From assembly GCF_001194135.2 (NCBI RefSeq), contig NC_068994.1:38416343-38480342 (forward strand): 64,000 bases of DNA. Direction: 5' to 3'. Shown piece by piece: positions 54,641 through 64,000 of the stretch; positions within the stretch are counted from its first letter, which is position 1; each line of letters begins with the position of its first letter. The position numbers and the translations under genes were made by a program. The DNA is from Octopus bimaculoides (Eukaryota). Under the pieces are notes generated by a model. That model saw nothing but the letters and a program-made list of their open reading frames with translations. It was not told where the DNA came from and searched no databases.

Positions 54641-55874
54641 ACCCCACACATACATAAGTGTGTTTGTGTGAACATATGGAGTATATAATTTATGAGTATG
54701 ATTTATGAAAACGTTAGTGTGCAGAACATTGTGGTCAAACACTAAATAAATGCTGAAAAATGTTATTATGAAATACTTGAATGTATTTTAATTATCAATG
54801 AAAATAATTGCTATTTCATGATTTAAGTAAAAGTTATAAAGCTTTTTGTAAGTCAAGTTTTTAATTTTCTATTGACTCAACATAACTTTTTACTCACCAA
54901 ATCTATAATATCAGTTTTAAAGTATTTTTAGAGTGGTTTATCTCATTATTAAATTACTGAAATACTTACAAAATTGTAGATTATATTAAAAGTGACATGC
55001 TTATAGTGAGAATATGAATAAATGGAATATCTCACTAACAGATTTCGAAAAAGAATTATATCAGAATTTTGCATCTTTTGTACAATGAAATTTTTTGGTC
55101 CAAATTCTATGTCTATGAAGTTTTTAACATATTTTGCTGTTTTAAATTAGTTGAACAAATGCATGTAAAAAAAATATATATTTAGCTCTGTCTATTAATT
55201 GATTTATCACGTATTGATTTATCATGTAAGATTAATGAAGAAAGATAAAAATTTACTTTTTTCTAATGAAATATTACATCACTTCTTAAAATATTTGTAA
55301 TGGAGACTAATAAAGATGTACTATTTCATTCTAAAACTTGAGTTTGAGAAACATATCTATCTTGTCTCTGAAAGGCTTCCATAAATTGTTGCTTAAATTG
55401 CTCTAATATCAATTATTTAAATTACAATTATAACAATTAAAAACTAGACAGTTGGAGATTCATTCTCTTTAGTAACTATCCAACTCAAAATAGTAACTTA
55501 GAAAAAATTCTATTAGTGTAAAAATTATGTCTTGCAAGAAATTTCATTTAACTGTTCTAGACAAAAATTGTACTTCTAAGCCATTAAAGAATAAATAGTT
55601 CGCTATCATGACACAGAAGATAAATATGGATATATACCATGTGTTTGCTTCAGTAGTTACTGTTATTTAACTATTGTGATAAATTTAGTGCATTAAAGAT
55701 GCATGAAATTAATCTCAAACTTGCTTGTACCACATCAGCTAAAACTATAAAAAAAAAAATGTAATTCTTAATAACATTGTTATATTTAAACAAAGTGCCC
55801 ATTAATATTTTTCAGGCACTTTAGGTATTGTTTTGTTTGTATTCATTGTTGTTATTTTTTTTTAAAGTATGGAG

Positions 55875-56182
55875 TTAGTTTAGTGTTGGTACAGGGGGTA
55901 CTGGAGGTACCTTTGGCAGTGTTTTTACTTTTGGTACAGCTGGTAGAGGTACTTTACTACTTGAAGTAAAGTCGTTTGTCATTGCTACTGTAGATGGATG
56001 TTTAGTTATGTTCGATGTGGTCCCAATTATTGTCAAGGGTATTTGACCATGATGATAGGAAATGTCACTGTCAACGTCTGGTTGAAAGGGATAGCCATTG
56101 TTATCTCCCTTTAATCTGTTCAGTGTGTATGGAAGCCGATTTCTCCTAATCCATGTAAGGTCACTTTGGTAACGGCACAGAT
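55875..56182 (-). CDS. P6 terminal exon 4 (DLCRYQSDLTWIRRN...VPLPAVPKVKTLPKVPPVPPVPTLN*)
   Basis: gttttcag|AT acceptor, translated by hand to TAA at 55875. Confidence 0.87.
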
Positions 56183-56340
56183 CTGAAAACAGTTACATTT
56201 AAAGATTATAATGCAATTTGAGTATTGTACCAAAAAATGAAGGATAAATTCTAAGAGTACATAAATGTTAAAACATTATCTTGACATAAGAACTAAAGGG
56301 CGTTTGTGCGTGTGTGCGCACAATATGCATTGAGATATGT

Positions 56341-56727
56341 TGTTGCTGGCACTCCGTCGCTTACGACGTCGAGGGTTCCAGTTGATCCAATCAACGGAAC
56401 AGCCTGCTCGTGAAATTAACGTGCAAGTGGCTGAGCACTCCACAGACACGTGTACCCTTAACGTAGTTCTCGGGGATATTCAACGTGACACAGTGTGACA
56501 AGGCTGACCCTTTGAATTACAGTACAGGCACAACAGAAACAGGAAGTAAGAGTGAGAGAAAGTTGTGGTGAAAGCGTACAGCAGGGTTCGCCACCATCCC
56601 CTGCCGGAGCCTCGTGGAGCTTTAGATGTTTCGCTCAAAAAAGACACACAACGCCCGGTCTGGGAATCGAAACCGCGATCCTATGACAGCAAGTCCGCTG
56701 CCCTAACCACTGGGCCATTGCACCTCC
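56341..56727 (-). mobile_element. tRNA-derived SINE family A (copy 3), P6 intron 3
   Basis: Reverse complement of 32812-33197. Confidence 0.82.
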
Positions 56728-56893
56728 ACGCATTGAGATATACATAACAAAATATTTTTCTACCTTACGATAGATATCACAGAATGGAAAATGTGCTTTA
56801 GACAAAAAGCTTTGGTTTAAAAAGAACTTTAAAAATTTGATCATTAAAATAAAGCAACAATCACAGGAATGGAAACAAGACTTTATCACTTAC

Positions 56894-57044
56894 CTGGTAG
56901 TTCTTCATAGTGACCAGCACTACCAACACTCCAGCCATGGCCACTATCAGTATGAGATGACAATGTTGACATCTCACTGAATTGGTCAGGATTGTTTAGT
57001 TCTCTGTAACCTGGAGACATGCTTTCTTCTCTTGGAACAAATAC
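56894..57044 (-). CDS. P6 cytoplasmic exon 3 (151 nt, VFVPREESMSPGYREL...GHYEELP)
   Basis: aaatttag| acceptor, CCAG|GTAAGT donor; paralogous exon of identical length. Confidence 0.88.
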
Positions 57045-57627
57045 CTAAATTTTGAGATGCCATAACGAAAAAGAAATTTGGAAGAAGACAAAAAAATTTA
57101 TTAAATACACAAGTCATGGAAATTCCATTAAAGCAACTTTAATCAAATTGCACTTAATGAATCATTAATCAACCTGTCATTATATGCTTTCTTTTAAGGC
57201 AGTGAGCTGGCAGAATTATTGGAATATCGGACAAAATGCTTAGTGTCATTTTATCTGTCTTTATATTCTGAGTTCAGATTCTGCCAAAGTCAACTTTATG
57301 CTCCATTCTTTTGGAGTAGATAAAATAATAGTTGAACACTGAGATCGATGTAGTCATCTTATCCTCTGAGCCAAAATTGCTAACTTTCAGCCAAAATTTG
57401 TAATCATTATTGAAGGATATATTTTTTTGATTTGATTCTGCATAAAACAGAAATCATAACAATGACATAAAATGTTCTGTTTATAAAGAATGAGTATAAA
57501 TTACCAAAGAAATCATTCAACAATAAATATCCTGTGGTACAAAAGTGACATTTGTTGTTATATGATTACCATTATCTTCCATTCAAATTGTAGTTATTTG
57601 AAATATTGAGAACATTTAATAAAATAT

Positions 57628-57661
<34 letters not shown>

Positions 57662-57809
57662 TGGGATGTCTTTCATGCAGTTTCTATTGGCCAAATTCAC
57701 TCACGATGCATTGGTCAAACTGGGCTTTAGTAATTAATACACATATTTCAACATTATAAGATGTTAAACACATATTTCAACATTATTAAATAACTGACAA
57801 ATATTTTAC

Positions 57810-60418
57810 CTCTGGATGTGTTTCAATGAAAGCTGGTTTACCCCATCTATCACTGCAGTGAACACCTTCTATATCCATCATTGGTTGTTGAGATTTGTTC
57901 ATGTTTCTCTCCAATGTGTACTGAATACCAGGAGGAACAAATGTATACTTTGGTTGGATGTTTAATGTAGGTGTAACCTTGTGGTACATATCAACACTAC
58001 TATTATAGTTGCTATCTGTCTGCTTCAGTCTATGAACTATACAGATTGATATAGAGATCACTATAACAATTGATATGATCACAGCTGCAACAACAATAAC
58101 AATCATCACATTCAATTGGAGACCATTACTTGATTCTGTTGTTGTCTTTGAAGGGGTCTTAAATATCTTTGATGTGTTGTTACTAACTGTTAGAGTCAAA
58201 GACAAAGTTGTTGTTGATGACAGAACTGGACTGCCACTGTCTTTCACACCTAATTCCAGTTCATANNNNNNNNNNNNNNNNNNNNNNNNNNNNNNNNNNN
58301 NNNNNNNNNNNNNNNNNNNNNNNNNNNNNNNNNNNNNNNNNNNNNNNNNNNNNNNNNNNNNNNNNNNNNNNNNNNNNNNNNNNNNNNNNNNNNNNNNNNN
58401 NNNNNNNNNNNNNNNNNNNNNNNNNNNNNNNNNNNNNNNNNNNNNNNNNNNNNNNNNNNNNNNNNNNNNNNNNNNNNNNNNNNNNNNNNNNNNNNNNNNN
58501 NNNNNNNNNNNNNNNNNNNNNNNNNNNNNNNNNNNNNNNNNNNNNNNNNNNNNNNNNNNNNNNNNNNNNNNNNNNNNNNNNNNNNNNNNNNNNNNNNNNN
58601 NNNNNNNNNNNNNNNNNNNNNNNNNNNNNNNNNNNNNNNNNNNNNNNNNNNNNNNNNNNNNNNNNNNNNNNNNNNNNNNNNNNNNNNNNNNNNNNNNNNN
58701 NNNNNNNNNNNNNNNNNNNNNNNNNNNNNNNNNNNNNNNNNNNNNNNNNNNNNNNNNNNNNNNNNNNNNNNNNNNNNNNNNNNNNNNNNNNNNNNNNNNN
58801 NNNNNNNNNNNNNNNNNNNCTCATACATGTTCTTTTCTTCTCTGTCTAGTGATTCAGTTGTGGAAATAAATCCCACATCAGATATCTGAAATGGTAGAAT
58901 ATCTTTTCTATTTGTCAATAGAGAATAGGTTAATTGTCCTCCATCTCCAATATCTGGGTCTGTAGCATTGACATATCCAACAGGGAAGTCTTTGTGTTCA
59001 TTTTCATATGTGAGAAACTTAAATATGTCCTGACTAAACTGAGGTTGTACGTCATTTATATCAGTGACCAGCATAGAAAATTCTTTCTCCACTGTCAATG
59101 GAGGTAAACCATTATCTTGACATTTAATGGTGAAATTAAATCTCTTCTCACTCTCTCTATCTATTTCACTCTTGACAACAACTTTGTATTTCTTTTCAGA
59201 CATTGAGATTATCTGCAGGTATCTATTTTGTAAATGACACTTCACTTGTCCATTTACTCCACTGTCATTGTCAGTAACTTTGACATAAGCAACAAAGCTG
59301 TGAATTTGAGTTGCTTCTGAGATGACAGCTGTGTTTCCAGTTGACTTAATTACAAATTTGACATCAATGTCAGGTCGATTGTTAATGTGACTGATTCCAT
59401 TTATTAGAATAAGGACTGTTGAAGACATTGAAGGAATACCATTATCTCTAGCATCAACAAATAATTTATAAATTCTTCCAAACTGAAAATTTTGCTTTAG
59501 AAACAATTCTCCTGTTGCTTCATCCAACTTAAACCAACGTTTTACAGTACCCAGTGTCTTGGCATTATTAAAGACATAAGAAATTCTTCCATTTTCTCCT
59601 TCATCTAAATCTGTAGCAGACAGCCTCAGAATAGGTTTGTTTATCTGGTGTGTATCATTTATAGTTACATTATAGATATTCTGAGAGAATATAGGAGAAT
59701 TATCATTTTCATCTTGCACTGATATTTCTATATTCAGTATGCCTTCTTTTGGTGGAGATCCTCCATCTTTGGCAATTAATTGAATATCATAAAGATCTTG
59801 TGTTTCACGATCTAAGTTTCCTTCCAGAATTAATTGTAGTACATCACTTCCATCTGATTTTTTAGTTACTAGAAGTTGAAATGGAATATCCACATTATTT
59901 TTTAATTTATAAGAAATCTTTGAATTCTCAATACTGACATCTTTATCAAAGGCATTTAGAATTCTTCCTTTTGAGTCTTTTGAATCACTTTCATCAAATG
60001 TTAAATGAAATTCTGTGTTGGGAAAAATAGGATAATTATCATTGACATCTTCTATTATAACTTTGATTTCTAATATCCTAATAACAGAATAGCCATGTTG
60101 AATGGCTATTTCCAATATCTTGTAACATTCCACATTATATAGACACAGGGTTTCTGCATCCAATATGGCAGCTGTGTACAGTTGTCCTCCAGGTGTAACA
60201 TTGAATAACTGAACAGTTCCCTCAGTACTACCCTGGAGTACATTAAATGTCAATTTGTTGCTATCATCCTTAGACTGTATATTATCCAATAAGTGTGTAT
60301 CAGTGGCGATATCTCCAATATAACTGTTTGTATCATTATTCTCTTTCACATAGTATGTATGATCTACACACCAACAGCTACCAGGCAGAAACAACATCAA
60401 CAATAACGCTGGGAACAT
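57810..60418 (-). CDS. Protocadherin P6, large exon; N-gap 58266-58819 covers end of EC5 and most of EC6
   Basis: ORFs 58250..60490 and 57786..58247. Acceptor ttttgcag| (exon starts 60425), ATG 60418, donor GAG|GTAAAA at 57810. Substituting the P2-equivalent 318 nt gives 2373 nt (791 codons, in frame). Confidence 0.92.
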
Positions 60419-61859
60419 TTTCTGTCTGCAAAAGAATTTTATAGGGAGATAAGCAAATGAAAACTTAATAAATGCACATAAATATAGCATAATATATAGT
60501 CCAATAACTTAACCACATTTGAGATATTGTTTACATGCTACAAGTAGTTAAATATCAACATCAAATATACAACTGGCAACAGTACTATGATACTATGTTG
60601 TAATTTGGTTAATTCACTGGAAATGAAAGTCACTAGACACATACGTTTTTCAGCCTTTACCTATTTAATATGACATCATTGATTACTGACTGATTGAATA
60701 ACATAGAATGATATACATAACTATTATATCACACAGTTTAACACTGGAACTATTATTTTTCCATATTCACATAAACTTTACTACCCCTTCACCATGTCTA
60801 ATCCTCTGAACCACTTCTCTTNNNNNNNNNNNNNNNNNNNNNNNNNNNNNNNNNNNNNNNNNNNNNNNNNNNNNNNNNNNNNNNNNNNNNNNNNNNNNNN
60901 NNNNNNNNNNNNNNNNNNNNNNNNNNNNNNNNNNNNNNNNNNNNNNNNNNNNNNNNNNNNNNNNNNNNNNNNNNNNNNNNNNNNNNNNNNNNNNNNNNNN
61001 NNNNNNNNNNNNNNNNNNNNNNNNNNNNNNNNNNNNNNNNNNNNNNNNNNNNACATAAACTTTACTACCCCTTCACCATGTCTAATCCTCTGAACCACTT
61101 CTCTTATTTTCACCTTTCTTTAACTTGGTGGTATGTATTCACAGCTCTTCACCATCTTTTATCTTCCAACCGAGGTAGCCATGTATCTCTTCTACTGCAA
61201 GTTGCCCTTTTCTGTTTCTTTATCATATTTTAACTGCTTGTCACCTGGCATAAAGCCACCTTTCTTAATACTCCACCTTGCCCATCAGCTGAAGGGTTTC
61301 GTCTTGCAAGTTACTTAATGAGCTCACTTGTGCAATGCTATATAAAATTTACTCAGTACACACTGTGAAGTGTCTGGCTTTAAGAAGAGCATCCAGCTGT
61401 AAAACTGTACCAAAGCAGAAACTGCCTTGTTGGCTCTTGCCAACCTGACCAACCAATGCACACATTGAAAACAGACATTAAATAACATCTACTAAAGAAA
61501 GCATTCTTTTTTTTTCCACAGATTTGGAATTATTAGTAATTCTAATGTAATTATGCATGTCAAATGTTGGATGACTCATTCTATTTTGAATGACGATTTC
61601 TTTTCTTTCTATCTTTTTACTTGTTTTGGTTATTAGACTGTAGCAATGCTGGGGCACTACCTTTAAGAATTGTTTGTCAAATGAATCGATCGCAGGACTT
61701 ATGTTTTTTTTAAGCCTGGCACTTATTTTATCAGTCTCTTTTGCTGAATCACTAAGTTATGGGGACATAAACACACTAACACCAGTTGTCAAGCAGTGGT
61801 GGGTGAGAAATACAGACATAATATATACATATATATATGTGTGTGTGTATGTGTATACA

Positions 61860-62069
61860 TACACAGGTTTGGCCAAAAGTCACCTGACAGTAAATCAAAT
61901 CCATTTAATTCCAAGATTTATTTATGCTTTACAACTGAATGAATTTAATAAAAGCATCTAAATATGAAACATGATGAAAACTGTCCAAACTGAAGTCCTT
62001 CTTGAGCGACACAGTTTTCCATTTCAGTCAATACAGAATTGCAGATAGTATTTATTGAATTTTGATTTA
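61860..62069 (-). mobile_element. Tc1-like element terminus (truncated by gap)
   Basis: TIR-like acaggtttggccaaaagtcacc; minus-strand peptide ...MENCVAQEGLQFGQF resembles a Tc1 transposase C-terminus. Confidence 0.5.
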
Positions 62070-62206
62070 NNNNNNNNNNNNNNNNNNNNNNNNNNNNNNN
62101 NNNNNNNNNNNNNNNNNNNNNNNNNNNNNNNNNNNNNNNNNNNNNNNNNNNNNNNNNNNNNTCCATCTACCGGATCCACTCACAAGACTTTGGTTGGCCA
62201 GAGGCT

Positions 62207-62520
62207 ATTGGGTTTGGTGACTAAGTTACCACCGTTTTCTTAAATTTTCGAATTTATTGCGATTTTAAATTTTGGCATCTATTTTGAGAATTCTATTTTT
62301 GAATCATTTTGGAATCTATTTTGTTTTTTTTTTTTCTAGTTAATTTTAGTTAATTTTTGTTTATTTTCAGATCATTAAAATGGAATGTCAAATTAAGAAA
62401 AACAGGCATTTTCGACACCTCCTTTTTGCTTTTAATCAAGGCCACAAAAGCTGCTCGCGACATTTGTGCTGTGTATGCCAAGTTCAAAAATGGAAATTTT
62501 GACCTCAAAGATGCACCAGC
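62207..62520 (+). mobile_element. Mariner 5' fragment
   Basis: TIR-like ta|ttgggtttggtgactaagttacc; frameshifted N-terminal remnant MECQIKKNRHFRHLL..KAARDICAVY..AKFKNGNFDLKDAP. Confidence 0.65.
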
Positions 62521-63632
62521 AAAGTCACCAAGTAACTTGCAAGACAAGGAATTTTGGGAGTGGAGAGGGCGTTAGGGGAGGTGATCTTGTGTCAAATGAT
62601 GGAAGATAAGAGTATGACAGGGAAACAGAAAGGCAGAAACAGGTGTCTTGCTATAGAGGAGGTAAATGTTTACCTGGCCAAGAGAGAGAGAGAGCGTTGA
62701 GAAGGCTGCCTTAGCCTTGACAAGGACATGGCAAGATTTCCAGTGCAGGCACCACAATAAAATGCAACCAGTACATTCAGTAATGTAGTGGGGAGCTGGA
62801 TGTGAACCAAAAAGATTTTGTTTTCTGGAATAATGTATTCTTGGTAATGATAACCCATATTTTTAACGACACTTTTACATCTGTCAGTTATCAAGACGCC
62901 ACACCACTGTATAAAATTTCCTGGTCTTACATATTAACTTCCTCTAAGTCTATGGCAAAAGAATAAAAAATTCATGTTGTTTAGTCTCAGCTTAGTTTCG
63001 ACCAAGCAGACGGTGATCAAAGACATTCAAATTAAGAACATAAAGACTTTTTCCGGGGTAATTAAATATACGCAGGGCAATGTGTTTCTAAAGACGCTAG
63101 GGTGTTATTCTAGGCATATTTGGCTGCTATTTCTAGTAGGTCAAAAGTCGTAAAGAGTAACCTCCCCTGCTTGTTATGCTTACATCACGCTCAACTTCTA
63201 ATTGTGAAATATTTCTGGATTTATAGTACGGTATTGTTTATTATGTAACATAAAAGTACTTGAAATACAAACAACTAACACTCTAGCGAGTTATTTTTAT
63301 TATTATCCTAACTTATCCATAGAAACTAACATTGTAACGAAATATATGGAAAATAAAATTCAATATATTTTTCTAAGGCTTTAAAAGTTCAACAGTTTTT
63401 AAGATCTACATAATGAATGTTTCAACAGAAGTTTTAGTTAAAAAAAACTGTATTGTTAATAATTGACTAACGTATTTTTCTTTATTAAAACAATATTGTT
63501 ATAATGGAGGTGTGACAAGGCCATTTATATATTGATATAGTTTCACCAGGAAGGTTAGAGAGAGAGAGAGAGAGAAAGAGCTAACCAAACACCAACAAAA
63601 CAATTTACACATCAAAATAACATTGAATAAAT

Positions 63633-63895
63633 ACTTACCAACAGTTGTCAGTTGTTTATACAGTTGATACGGTACTTTTTCAGTCTTCTGGCAACAAAGT
63701 TGAAGTAGTAGAAGCAGTTCTGAGTAGTTTGATGTGTAATAGTGTTATGTAGTTCTATCAAGTTGGTTGTATAGTAAGTAATGTGTGTTGTAGCCAATGA
63801 CAAGATGTCTATTATTCCAATGCAAGGAAACGGAAATACAGCCTCCAGTTCTTGCAGTAAATGATGGGCTGACTCACAGACTATTTCACTTAGAC
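63633..63895 (-). promoter_or_regulatory. Putative promoter + non-coding exon 1 of P6
   Basis: Same block; donor at 63639; TGACTCA, CGGAAAT and CCAAT present. Confidence 0.72.
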
Positions 63896-64000
63896 ACACT
63901 CATATATTGAAACATACACATACATGTGTGAGGTACAATAATTGAATGGGTGGAAGTGTTTAGAAAGTTTAAGACAATGATATACATATATATATATATA

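Noticed and set aside
60769-61105. Exact 53-bp direct repeat flanking the N gap (60769-60821 and 61053-61105)
   Set aside because: Identical sequence on both sides of a gap is typical of unmerged overlapping contig ends; treated as an assembly artefact.
5511-63895. Six regularly recurring blocks as a CRISPR-like array
   Set aside because: Eukaryotic locus; the units are ~260 bp, kilobases apart, and tied to gene duplicates.
63648-63899. ORFs over the repeated upstream block (VCESAHHLLQELEAV...) as a small coding gene family
   Set aside because: The frame is interrupted by TAA in P1-P3 and by indels in P4; the conservation pattern fits DNA motifs rather than codons.

Overview
AT-rich animal genomic DNA with microsatellites, transposon relics and assembly gaps. 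The repeat content and gene type point to an octopus or other coleoid cephalopod (inference; species not determined). The window holds six head-to-tail protocadherin paralogs, all on the minus strand, named here P1-P6 from left to right. Each unit has four parts: (i) a ~260-bp conserved promoter/non-coding first-exon module ending at a G|GTAAGT donor; (ii) one ~2.4-kb exon encoding signal peptide, six cadherin repeats, a TM helix and a juxtamembrane tail; (iii) a 151-nt cytoplasmic exon; (iv) a ~300-nt terminal cytoplasmic exon. P1's last two exons fall off the left edge. Unlike vertebrate clustered Pcdhs, each gene carries its own cytoplasmic exons, but all splice phases are interchangeable. 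The EC3-EC4 junction lacks canonical calcium ligands in all six. EC5-EC6-TM is near-identical across paralogs, and three assembly gaps sit exactly there, while EC2-EC3 diverge into two subtypes in a B-A-B/B-A-B order. Introns contain a full-length dead mariner, a mariner MITE, Tc1/maT and Helitron fragments, tRNA-SINEs and a perfect 54-bp inverted repeat. Coordinates were read by eye, so repeat boundaries are approximate.
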